Below are positions 19,164 to 27,792 of a stretch of 39,784 nt of DNA, piece after piece. The position numbers were made by a program, and so were the translations under genes. This stretch comes from a candidate division WOR-3 bacterium (GTDB lineage Bacteria; Hydrothermota; Hydrothermia; JBDRYB01). The notes under the pieces are model-generated. The model had not been told where the DNA came from. It searched no databases and saw only the letters and a list, made by a program, of their open reading frames with translations. The stretch's first letter is position 1, and each line of letters begins with the position of its first letter. The stretch spans positions 1 through 39,784 of the forward strand of contig JBMFOM010000006.1 in NCBI GenBank assembly GCA_049969615.1. The letters run 5' to 3'.

Positions 19164-19940
19164 ATGAAATTCAGAATATACGTTTTGGCCGCAATTGGCC
19201 TAATTGCAATTTCTGCTACATGCAGGGACAAGGCCTTATCCGTAGAGGAACCCTTTAGCCTAGAGGACAGATTCCACGAAGCGATGTCATTGTATGAGCA
19301 AGGCCAGTATGCAAAGGCCGCGGAGGCTTTTAAATCAGTGGCACAGCACAACCCCATCCACACCTACACGGATGACGCGGAGTATTATTTGGGGATGTGC
19401 TACCTGAAAACGGGCAAACCATCAGAAGCTAGCAGTTCGTTCAATAAGATCGTACAATATTTCCCGAACAGCGAGTTCGCCCCTCTGGCATATATAGGCC
19501 TGGCAAGGGCATATTTGAATGAGGCTCCCATTCTTTATCGCGACCAGAGCAAGACTACTGACAAGGCCATAATCACCATAGAGACCTTCCTAAGGAAATA
19601 TCCGGATCACGAGAAGGTCCCGGAGGCAAAAGCCATACTTGCCGAGGCCAGGGACAGACTCGCCGCAAAAGAGCTAGTCGCGATAAGGGTCTATGAGAAC
19701 CTTATGAAATACGAGGCAGAGCTCCACTACGCTGACTTGTGCATCCAGGAATTTCCGGAAAGCCGACTGGTCTGGCAGGCAAAGCTCTACAGAGCAAGGG
19801 CCCTCTACTTTCTCTTAAGGGACGACGAGGCGCTTGCTACACTGGGAGAAATAGAATCCTCCACCGAGGCCGGGAGTGATGTAAAAGCCGAGGCCATCAT
19901 CCTGAGAAACCAGATCCTCGCGAGAAAACAATTAAAGTAG
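19164..19940 (+). CDS. bamD: Outer membrane protein assembly factor BamD
   Basis: Lipoprotein signal ending in Cys20; TPRs; RDQSKT...FLRKYP...RLAAKEL pattern typical of BamD. Confidence 0.85.
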   Translation: MKFRIYVLAAIGLIAISATCRDKALSVEEPFSLEDRFHEAMSLYEQGQYAKAAEAFKSVAQHNPIHTYTDDAEYYLGMCYLKTGKPSEASSSFNKIVQYFPNSEFAPLAYIGLARAYLNEAPILYRDQSKTTDKAIITIETFLRKYPDHEKVPEAKAILAEARDRLAAKELVAIRVYENLMKYEAELHYADLCIQEFPESRLVWQAKLYRARALYFLLRDDEALATLGEIESSTEAGSDVKAEAIILRNQILARKQLK

Positions 19941-19956
19941 CCACCTTCATGGGAAA

Positions 19957-20541
19957 ATGAGGACAGGCGTCTTTGGAGGAAGGTTTGACCCGGTTCACAT
20001 GGGCCACTTGATAGTCGCGCAGGATGTGACGGAACGCCTCACAATGGACAGGCTCATCTTCCTGCCTTCATTTCATCCACCGCACAAGGGCACGGAAGCC
20101 CCATACGAGGACAGACTGGAGATGATCCGGTTGGGCATTGGTGAGGGCAACGGCAGGTTTGAGGTATCTGACCTTGAGAAACGCCTTGCCCTGCCAAAGA
20201 GCTACACTGTTGACATACTTGAGGTCCTCAGGTCTGAGCTGGGACAGGAGGAGGAGATAATATTTTTGGTGGGAACCGACGAGTTCGCGAACCTTCCCTC
20301 CTGGCACAAACCGGAGCGCCTGTTCCAGCTCGCGAGGGTCGCTGTTCTGGCGAGGGCGATAAAAACCCCGATAACCCACGCGCTCGCGCAACACGCCACC
20401 TTTGTCCCGAACAGGGTCGTTGAGCTGTCGTCCTCGGAGATAAGGGAACGGGTGAAAAGGGGCATGAGCATAAGGTTCATGGTGCCTGAGCCAGTGAGGG
20501 AATATATCCTGGAGAAAGGGCTATACAGGGGAAAGGACTAA
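19957..20541 (+). CDS. nadD: Nicotinate-nucleotide adenylyltransferase
   Basis: GVFGGRFDPVHMGHL, PPHK, SYTVD, WHKPE, LSSSEIR, YILEKGLY. Confidence 0.95.
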   Translation: MRTGVFGGRFDPVHMGHLIVAQDVTERLTMDRLIFLPSFHPPHKGTEAPYEDRLEMIRLGIGEGNGRFEVSDLEKRLALPKSYTVDILEVLRSELGQEEEIIFLVGTDEFANLPSWHKPERLFQLARVAVLARAIKTPITHALAQHATFVPNRVVELSSSEIRERVKRGMSIRFMVPEPVREYILEKGLYRGKD

Positions 20542-20596
20542 ACTCTCTTGATCATCCACGCGCTTTCGGTTTAGGTAAAGGCGAAACAACAATAGA

Positions 20597-22186
20597 TCAA
20601 GCCCTGATAGCGCGGGCGCCCTCGCCTGCGACAAAACCCACGCGCCAGCCCATGGTCTCAGGCCTGAAAACCAGCCTCCTGGTTTCCTGTTTCTCACCGT
20701 AGCGCGGGCAGAAGACCGCGCTTTCGGCTGACCATGTCCCACTCCCCTTCTCCAACCTGAGGGCATAAACGCCTCCTTTGCTCCTCAGAATAAAGCCCTG
20801 GCCCTCCGGCTCCGGGACAAGCTCAGGGCCAAGGGTGAACCCAGCGCGCCATGGGCCCCGCTCTGAAACCGAATCCTCAATAGCAATGCCATGCTCAGTG
20901 GGAATGAACCTGCGCTCCAGGATAGGGCCGAACAAATTGTGCCTGAGAACAAAGCTGTCGCCCTCCCAACCAGAGAATAGGGCCTTGGTTCTACCCTCAA
21001 GGGTAAATGGCTTGCGCGGGTCCCTGAGGTGCATGGGTTCTCCCTCAAGCCAGCAGAGGTTGTGCGCGGTCTCGGATCTGAGCTCTTCCCTCATGGAACT
21101 GGGGCCTGTATAGAGATAGACGCCCGGGTCAACTATCAAAGGCTCGCCCATCCAGAGGACAAAGGAACCGAGGTCAGAGTGCATGTGGCCGCCGGGCAAG
21201 GAGGGATCATCGTCAACCCTGGAGGCAAAACAGAGGCCATCGCGCCGGATGATCAGAAAACCGCCATCGGAATAGTGTCTCGTGCCTTCTGGCTCCGGAA
21301 GGCCCAGACCAAGAAACTGGCAGAACTGCGCCAGATGGGCCATGTAGCAGGTTCCCCTCGGCCTGAGAACCCCGCCATCGTCAAAGTCCCCGAACACAGG
21401 GAGAGAGCCGTCGGGCCAGGCAAGATTTGTGAGGAAACCGAGGGCCTTTTGGATGATATGGGAGATGCCCCCCGGATCAATAGCCCACTCACTCGCCAGG
21501 GCAAGATAAATGAGGCCCATCTCAATGGCAAACGCGGCATAGCCGGGCGCGCCTTCAGCAAATGTCCCATCAGGGAGGAAAACAGAGGAAAACAAGGCTG
21601 AGAATTCACGCTGACCAACCCGAAACCACTCCCCTGCCCCTGGGAAACCATTAAGGTATCCGCCTAGGACAAAAAGCCCAAGAGCCCTTCCGAGCGCGTG
21701 GTTTGGAGGGTGCGGCTCTGGGTTCCTGAGGAGATGATTTGCGTGGGCTGCGAGCCAACGAATGGCATTTGACCTCATCCCACGGGGGAAGGAACTACCA
21801 GCGGCCTCAAGCAAAAAGACCCAGTTCACGGCCCTCACCGCAACCTCAAGGGAAGAGGCCCAGTTGGGGCCGATGCTAACCGGATTTGCCCCGGTCCAGG
21901 ATTCAAAAGCCTCATGGAAATCCTCCGGTCTAGCCCACCTGAAACGAGAGGGTTCCCAAACCGTTCTCAGGTCAGAGGGCGCGTTTCTGTAAGAGATGTA
22001 TTTGTAATGAACCTTTGGCCAGAGATGAAGGGGGGCATCGGGAGCACTACCGGTTCTGGAACCCAAAGGAAGCCCAGGGAGTCCTGCGGTGGTTATAGAG
22101 AAAGGGATCCTTGGCAAATGGAAACAATGTCTCTCCCATGCGGTCCGGATGAATGCAAAAATTGAGGCCCTTAATCCTGGTTTCAA
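20597..22186 (-). CDS. Heparinase II/III-family protein
   Basis: WEPSRF, NWASSLEVAVRAVNW, NHAL, DGTFAEG, FGDFDDG, GHMHSDLGSF, VDPGVYLY, RSETAHN motifs. Confidence 0.85.
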   Translation of the reverse strand: MKPGLRASIFAFIRTAWERHCFHLPRIPFSITTAGLPGLPLGSRTGSAPDAPLHLWPKVHYKYISYRNAPSDLRTVWEPSRFRWARPEDFHEAFESWTGANPVSIGPNWASSLEVAVRAVNWVFLLEAAGSSFPRGMRSNAIRWLAAHANHLLRNPEPHPPNHALGRALGLFVLGGYLNGFPGAGEWFRVGQREFSALFSSVFLPDGTFAEGAPGYAAFAIEMGLIYLALASEWAIDPGGISHIIQKALGFLTNLAWPDGSLPVFGDFDDGGVLRPRGTCYMAHLAQFCQFLGLGLPEPEGTRHYSDGGFLIIRRDGLCFASRVDDDPSLPGGHMHSDLGSFVLWMGEPLIVDPGVYLYTGPSSMREELRSETAHNLCWLEGEPMHLRDPRKPFTLEGRTKALFSGWEGDSFVLRHNLFGPILERRFIPTEHGIAIEDSVSERGPWRAGFTLGPELVPEPEGQGFILRSKGGVYALRLEKGSGTWSAESAVFCPRYGEKQETRRLVFRPETMGWRVGFVAGEGARAIRA

Positions 22187-22190
22187 AGAT

Positions 22191-22704
22191 TCACCATTTA
22201 ACCCTGAAGGTTATCCCGCTCCGGGGATTCGTGAATGATAGTAACCTCAATTCGCTCAAAGCCACCCAGGCCAAAAGCCCCTTCTATCCAGCCGGCTACC
22301 TCCTCGGCCCATAGGCCAGGCATGTTTGAATCCAGCAGATCAACCACAACAAAACCCTTGCCCGAATCCGCTATTTCCCACCTTTCTTGGTTGAAGTAGT
22401 AGTGCCAAACTATGTTCGCGTTCTTGATCAGATAGGTTGGAAGGTTGAAGACAAAGCTGAGAATCTTTATGGTGGAAGCGATGCGCCTGGATGTGAACCT
22501 CCCGAATTCCCTGTATATTTGCCTTTTGCCACCCATCGCCTGCATGATAGGGGTGAGACTTTCCACTGGATACCACTTATTCTTGTCCGGCTCAACAGGA
22601 ACCCCTGCGCTGACGAAAATCTCTTTCCCCTTATCACCAAGCCTCATCCTGACAAATTCAGCGAGCTCGGTTATCCCGAACCCCCTTATCATCAAAACCT
22701 TCAT
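22191..22704 (-). CDS. Hypothetical protein resembling the DUF2378/V4R-like ligand-binding fold; probable 1-nt frameshift near the 3' end
   Basis: IRGFG...FV...LG, WYPVE, FGRF, WHYYF, GWIEG pattern; as sequenced it stops at 22198, and removing one G gives ERITFRVKW* ending at 22191. Confidence 0.6.
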
Positions 22705-23681
22705 AGCTCCCAGTTCGGATAAACGCCCGCGCTCATAGGGGTATGGATTCCCATCTCAAGCCTAAAAAGCCCAACCCCCCCTATCATCGCGGCATTATCT
22801 GTGGAATATTTGGGGTCAGGGAAAAGGGCCCTCTCGCCAAACTCAGCGCTAAACACCTCCCTGAGCGCCCGGTTCACAGATACTCCGCCAACAACAACGA
22901 GTCTATCAACTCCGGTTATCCTGACCCCAGCGTGGCATACCTCAACGAGCTGTCTGAATGCGGCGCGTTGAAAGCTCGCGCAGATGTGAGAAAAGTTCTC
23001 CGCGACGAAACCGTGTTCCCTTCTCATGATATAGTATAAGAAAGAGGTTTTCAAGCCGGAGTAGCTGAAGGCCATGTCAGCCATCCTAGGAACGGGAAAC
23101 TCGTGGAAATCGGAATCGCCGCCCCTCGCGGAACGCTCAATCTCCGGCCCACCAGGATAGCCAAGACCGAGTATCCTGGCCACCTTGTCAAAACACTCCC
23201 CCACAGCGTCATCGCGAGTTCTGGCAAGGACCCTGTATTTTCCCCAGGCCATCACATGAACCAGATCAGTATGGCCACCAGAGGCTATGAGCGCGAGGAA
23301 TGGAGGATCAATCTTCTCGGTCAAGCGTATGGAAAATATGTGTCCCTCAAGGTGATTGACGCCAACGAAAGGCAGTTTAAGGGCCTGGGCCGCGGTCTTC
23401 GCGAAAACAGCACCAACCATCAGCGCGCCGGGAAGCCCCGGACCAAGGGTGGCCGCGACTCCGTCAAGGTCATGCCAGCCAAGGTCAGCCCTCTCAAGGG
23501 AAAGTTTAACAAGGCTGGGCAAAAGTCTGATGTGAGCACGGGCCGCGAGCTCCGGCACAACCCCGCCAAAGGCCTTGTGCTCGTCCTGGGTTCTGGTGGC
23601 CTCGGAAAGGACGCGAAAGCCATCACCAACCACAGCGCACGCTGTCTCATCGCAGGAAGTGTCTATTCCAAGAATGAACAA
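22701..23681 (-). CDS. tsaD: tRNA N6-adenosine threonylcarbamoyltransferase TsaD
   Basis: ILGIDTSCDET, GGVVPELAARAH, NHLEGH, SGGHT, DDAVGECFDK, FSYSGLKT, TDNAAMI. Confidence 0.96.
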   Translation of the reverse strand: MFILGIDTSCDETACAVVGDGFRVLSEATRTQDEHKAFGGVVPELAARAHIRLLPSLVKLSLERADLGWHDLDGVAATLGPGLPGALMVGAVFAKTAAQALKLPFVGVNHLEGHIFSIRLTEKIDPPFLALIASGGHTDLVHVMAWGKYRVLARTRDDAVGECFDKVARILGLGYPGGPEIERSARGGDSDFHEFPVPRMADMAFSYSGLKTSFLYYIMRREHGFVAENFSHICASFQRAAFRQLVEVCHAGVRITGVDRLVVVGGVSVNRALREVFSAEFGERALFPDPKYSTDNAAMIGGVGLFRLEMGIHTPMSAGVYPNWEL

Positions 23682-23740
23682 GACGCATAGTTTAAGCCCC
23701 GCGAGGGCCGGACTTCAACTGGCAGATACCCTGCGCGATA

Positions 23741-23808
23741 GGTTATAACCCAGATTTTGCGGCAGGATGTAAGCGTCGAATTGCCAATGGATCAGCCCAC
23801 ATAACATT
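23741..23808 (-). repeat. Repeat module C, copy 1
   Basis: Reverse complement aligns with 34851-34920 at about 52/70 positions by hand; ends in TTATAA facing tsaD. Confidence 0.75.
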
Positions 23809-23813
23809 GTTCA

Positions 23814-23917
23814 GAAACCCTGAAAAATCCCGGTTTTTCCTTGGTCTCTATCCGGGAGCCTTATCATAGCTAGAAGAGAACCCTGAGGAAACGCCCTCGT
23901 GGCGGGATTTTTCAGGG
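23814..23917 (+). mobile_element. Repeat module A, full-length MITE-like copy with 15 bp perfect inverted repeats
   Basis: CCCTGAAAAATCCCG (23818-23832) and CGGGATTTTTCAGGG (23903-23917); internal TCCCGG...CCGGGA stem; three other copies in the window. Confidence 0.7.
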
Positions 23918-23948
23918 GGCTCCTCTTGCTTTGAAACCGCTAAACCCT

Positions 23949-23977
23949 TGCCCCAACCTGAATAGGACCAGAAGAGA
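23949..23977 (-). repeat. Repeat module D, copy 2
   Basis: Matches 10406-10433. Confidence 0.65.
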
Positions 23978-23996
23978 CCAGCTGGGTAAAGGAGCA

Positions 23997-24042
23997 CCCA
24001 AATACACAAGTGTTTGATCCTGCGCAGGAAGTGAGTTATAAT
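23997..24042 (+). promoter_or_regulatory. Repeat module B, copy 2, forming a sigma70 promoter with a palindromic spacer
   Basis: TTGATC(24014)-N17-TATAAT(24037); perfect palindrome TCCTGCGCAGGA overlaps the -35/spacer; short leader with GGAGG follows. Confidence 0.75.
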
Positions 24043-24065
24043 TTAGCTAGCTATTCGGAGGAAAC

Positions 24066-25673
24066 ATGAATTACCTTATAGCCATCAGTTTGCTTGCGGC
24101 CTTCCCCATGGACAAAATGGGGCAGACCGTGCTCATGGAAACCCCATCGGGAGAAATCTCGGAAGTGGTGCAGTCCGATGACCTCACCCAGATAGCCATG
24201 TCCATATATTCCTACGATGACAGCATGATGAGGGTTATAGTCAACGGTCAGGAAAAGGGGAGCTACGCGAGCGTCTGGGACCTAAAGTTCACTAAGGACG
24301 GGAACCTGGCCTATGTGGCACTTGACGAGGAAAACAAGATGTATTTTGTCCTCGGCTCAAAAACATATGGCCCCTATGACTATGTCGGGGAATACATCCT
24401 TTCCGAGGACGGCCAGCACTACGCCTTCAGGATTGGCAAGGGAGGGAAGTGGAACGAATCGGGCTATTATTCCGGCGGAAAATACGCGGTTTTCCACGAT
24501 GGCAAACTCGGCAAAGAATACGAGTTCATAAGCCTCCTAGCCCTCTCACCTGAGGGTTCAGAGGTCAGCTATGTGGCACACAAGGGCGGAAAGTGGAGCG
24601 AGGATGGCGCATATAATGGTGGAAAGATGTTCGTGGTCAGAGGAGGGGTTGAGGACAAAAAATACGACTGGGTATCCGAGCTCATTTATTCCCCCGATGG
24701 CAAGCATCTCGCCTACATAGCCGGATCAAATGGTAAGATGGTTGATTGGCAATATGTGGGTGGGGAACGCGTGGTCATCGTTGACGCGAAGGCAAGCAAG
24801 AAAAAGTATCCGTTTGTGATCAACCTCGTTTTTGATTCATCGGGCACTGCCTGCTACATCGCTGGCCGGGACGGAAGCTGGAGCGCGAACAACAACTATG
24901 TTGGCGGAACATTCTTCGCGGTCACTGGGGCCGGCGAGGGCAAAAAGCATGATCTTGTAAAGGGACTCATCGCGACAAAGTCAGGAACGCTCGCCTACAT
25001 AGCTGGAGAAGACGGAAGGTGGGAGGAAGACCAATATATAGGCGGAGACTACTTCATCGTTCAGGGAAAGAGAAAGATAGGGCCCTACAACTACATAGAC
25101 TTGCCCGTTGTGGCAAAACAGGGCGATTACTATGCCTGCGTGGTTTCAACAGGAGGCCGCTGGGATCCGACAGGATATTATTCTGGCGGAAAATACAGCG
25201 TGGTCCCCAGCATAGGAATACCCAGCAAGCAATACGACGACATCAGCGGACAGACACTCATTCTTGGGGACAAAGAGGGCTTCGCTTTTCTGGCATACGA
25301 GGGCGGAGAATGGTATGAGGGCAGTTATGAGGGTGGAAAGGTTTTCGGAGTCTGCAACCAGAAAGAGAGCGGACGCTATAACAACATATTCCCGATGAGC
25401 CTGAACATATCGCCAGACGGCAGGCATTTCTCCATGACGGCGCAGAATCCGGAAAATTCCAAGGAGTTCATCGTTGTTGACGGACAGCCCCTGGAGGGCG
25501 AGAATGATTTTGTCTTTGACAGGATGCTCCTGTCAGAGGATGGCAAATACCTGGCCTATAACTCGGTCGTGGAGAACAAGGTCTATCTCAATGTGGTTGA
25601 AGTTGCAAAGGCCCTGAAAAAGGAGAAACCACAGGAGCCTGATAAATCCAAGGGAGGCAAGGGACACAAGTAA
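24066..25673 (+). CDS. Secreted TolB/WD40-like beta-propeller repeat protein with a repeated G-x-W...Y-x-GG insert
   Basis: Hydrophobic N-terminus; SPDG/SEDG blade motifs; seven ~49 aa repeats; GGAGG SD. Confidence 0.8.
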   Translation: MNYLIAISLLAAFPMDKMGQTVLMETPSGEISEVVQSDDLTQIAMSIYSYDDSMMRVIVNGQEKGSYASVWDLKFTKDGNLAYVALDEENKMYFVLGSKTYGPYDYVGEYILSEDGQHYAFRIGKGGKWNESGYYSGGKYAVFHDGKLGKEYEFISLLALSPEGSEVSYVAHKGGKWSEDGAYNGGKMFVVRGGVEDKKYDWVSELIYSPDGKHLAYIAGSNGKMVDWQYVGGERVVIVDAKASKKKYPFVINLVFDSSGTACYIAGRDGSWSANNNYVGGTFFAVTGAGEGKKHDLVKGLIATKSGTLAYIAGEDGRWEEDQYIGGDYFIVQGKRKIGPYNYIDLPVVAKQGDYYACVVSTGGRWDPTGYYSGGKYSVVPSIGIPSKQYDDISGQTLILGDKEGFAFLAYEGGEWYEGSYEGGKVFGVCNQKESGRYNNIFPMSLNISPDGRHFSMTAQNPENSKEFIVVDGQPLEGENDFVFDRMLLSEDGKYLAYNSVVENKVYLNVVEVAKALKKEKPQEPDKSKGGKGHK

Positions 25674-25714
25674 GGGACTGTACCTGACCCTATGGGGTCA
25701 GGTGGGATGGTTTT

Positions 25715-25969
25715 GTGTTTGAGGGTCGTCTTCGCCAACTGTTATACCGAGCTTCCCGACGTTCAAAGCTTGAGGCCGAGGAATTGTTGGGGCCTTTCGC
25801 GGAAAGCAACCTGGCCAAAATGGACGAGGCAGAGATGGTCGCGTTTGAGCGGCTTGTGGACCTTGACGACATAACCCTGCTGGAGATTTTCGCGGGGACA
25901 AGGCCAGCGCCGGAGGACCTTGAGGAGATGTTCGGGAAACTGAGGGAGTTCTGGAGAGTCTCAAAATAA
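25715..25969 (+). CDS. SdhE/SDHAF2-like flavinylation assembly factor
   Basis: RLRQLLYRASRRSKLEAEELL...FERLVDLDDITL matches the Sdh5/SdhE pattern; 84 aa. Confidence 0.65.
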   Translation: MFEGRLRQLLYRASRRSKLEAEELLGPFAESNLAKMDEAEMVAFERLVDLDDITLLEIFAGTRPAPEDLEEMFGKLREFWRVSK

Positions 25970-25980
25970 CGCGCTAAATC

Positions 25981-27282
25981 ATGACTCAGAGCGTAAGGGT
26001 AATTGGCGGGGGCCTCGCGGGTTCAGAGGCCGCGTGGACAATAGCAAGGCAGGGCATAAGAGTTATCCTTTATGAGATGAGGCCGGAGAAAATGACGCCC
26101 GCGCACTCCACCGGCCTCCTGGGAGAGCTGGTCTGTTCAAATTCCCTGAAGTCAAAGGATATTCTCTCGGCGCAGGGATTGCTGAAGCAAGAGCTAAAAA
26201 AACTCGGCTCACTGATAATGGAGGCCGCGGAGGCCTCTGCCATACCAGGAGGTAAGGCCCTTGTTGTTGACAGAGAGGCTTTCGCAAAACACATCACGGA
26301 CAGACTTGAGAGTAGCCCATTGATTGAAATAAGGAGGGAAGAGTTCACGGATGTTCCAGAACCCAGCGCGGTAGTGGCAACAGGGCCTTTGACATCTGAT
26401 GCTCTGGCCCAATCAATAAGCGACCTTGCGGACAGGAAATTTCTCTCTTTCTATGATGCTCTAAGCCCAATAGTTTCCGCAGAGAGCCTGAATACCTCCC
26501 GGATGTTCTGGGCAGACAGGCATGGGTGGGAGGAAGAAGCATATCTGAATATACCCATGTCTGAAGAGGAATACAGGGATTTTTACGAGGCGCTAGTCTC
26601 TGCAGAGATACACAATCCGCACTTTGACGAAAACATACCCTATTTTGAGGGTTGCTTGCCCGTTGAGGTGATGGCAAAAAGAGGATACGAGACACTCATA
26701 TACGGCCCGTTGAGGCCATCTGGACTCGTTGATCCAGCAACGGGAACCGAGCCCTTTGCCGCTGTCCAGTTGAGGCCGGAGAACTCCGAAAAAACCGCCT
26801 TCTCGCTGGTCGGGTTTCAGACCCAGCTGAGAACCGCTGAACAGGAGAGGGTTTTCAGGATGATACCTGGCTTTGAGAAAGCGGAGTTTCTACGCTATGG
26901 TGCTGTCCACAGGAACACATACCTCAACGCTCCCGTGCTCCTGAGACCCACCCTTGAGCTAAAAGCAAAACCGGGCATTTTCATAGCTGGCCAGCTATCC
27001 GGGACAGAGGGCTATCTTGAGGCCGCGGCCGGAGGCCTCGTCGCTGGAACGAACGCGGCCAGGTTTGCGCTGGGAAGCGAACCCTTACCGTTTCCGCCGC
27101 ACACGGCTATAGGAACATTGTTCTCATCCATAACCAACGCTCCCGAAAGGAATTATCAACCGATTAACCTACACCTCGCTCTGTTCACTGATGTCCCGAA
27201 AAACCTCAGGGGAAGCGCTAGAAGGGAATTCATAACCAAGAGGGCAATCAAGGAGATTGAGGGTTTCGTCTCCTGTCTTTGA
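25981..27282 (+). CDS. trmFO: Folate/FAD-dependent tRNA (uracil-5)-methyltransferase TrmFO
   Basis: VIGGGLAGSEAA, ELVCSNS, YFEGCLPVE, LVGFQT, RYGAVHRNTY, AGQLSGTEGY. Confidence 0.96.
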   Translation: MTQSVRVIGGGLAGSEAAWTIARQGIRVILYEMRPEKMTPAHSTGLLGELVCSNSLKSKDILSAQGLLKQELKKLGSLIMEAAEASAIPGGKALVVDREAFAKHITDRLESSPLIEIRREEFTDVPEPSAVVATGPLTSDALAQSISDLADRKFLSFYDALSPIVSAESLNTSRMFWADRHGWEEEAYLNIPMSEEEYRDFYEALVSAEIHNPHFDENIPYFEGCLPVEVMAKRGYETLIYGPLRPSGLVDPATGTEPFAAVQLRPENSEKTAFSLVGFQTQLRTAEQERVFRMIPGFEKAEFLRYGAVHRNTYLNAPVLLRPTLELKAKPGIFIAGQLSGTEGYLEAAAGGLVAGTNAARFALGSEPLPFPPHTAIGTLFSSITNAPERNYQPINLHLALFTDVPKNLRGSARREFITKRAIKEIEGFVSCL

Positions 27283-27712
27283 AAAATCCGCTGAGAATCT
27301 CGCGAGCCTCATCTCCTAGGGGGCCCTTTATCAGCCTGAACCTGTGATTCAAGCGGGGATCCGCGGGCACAGCATAGAGGCTCATCGCCCCGAACTTCTC
27401 GTCCTCAAGGGCATAGATCACCTCCCTGACCCTAGCCAGAACAAGGGCTCCAGCGCACATAACGCATGGCTCAGTGGTAACATAAACGGACGCGCCCTCA
27501 AGTCGCCAGTCTCCGAACCTCGCCGCGGCCTCGCGCAAGGCCAGGATCTCAGCGTGGGCAGTTGGATCGCGGAGAGACTCTGTCCTGTTGTGCGCTCTGG
27601 CGATGATCTCCCCGCCAAGAACTACCACGCACCCCACGGGAACCTCTCCCTCAGAGAGGGCCTTCCTGGCCTCCTCAAGCGCGAGGGACATTAATCTAAT
27701 GTGTTGTTCCAT
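27248..27712 (-). CDS. tadA: tRNA adenosine(34) deaminase
   Basis: EVPVG, DPTAHAE, EPCVMCAGA, RLNH, FFKDRR; 3' end overlaps trmFO by 35 nt. Confidence 0.9.
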   Translation of the reverse strand: MEQHIRLMSLALEEARKALSEGEVPVGCVVVLGGEIIARAHNRTESLRDPTAHAEILALREAAARFGDWRLEGASVYVTTEPCVMCAGALVLARVREVIYALEDEKFGAMSLYAVPADPRLNHRFRLIKGPLGDEAREILSGFFKDRRRNPQSP

Positions 27713-27792
27713 ATCTCACGGGATAAGGGCAGAACCGATCAAACGATCAAACCGGTTGCCCTTGGAATATCTTTGTCCGCTGATCAATGGCC

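Noticed and set aside
23690-24065. Possible CRISPR array or tRNA/riboswitch in the repeat-rich intergenic DNA
   Set aside because: Repeats are dispersed and degenerate rather than regularly spaced; no cas genes, cloverleaf or recognisable riboswitch consensus
22701-27712. Clustering of tRNA-modification genes (tsaD, trmFO, tadA) as a dedicated system
   Set aside because: They lie in different transcription units and orientations; an ordinary housekeeping neighbourhood
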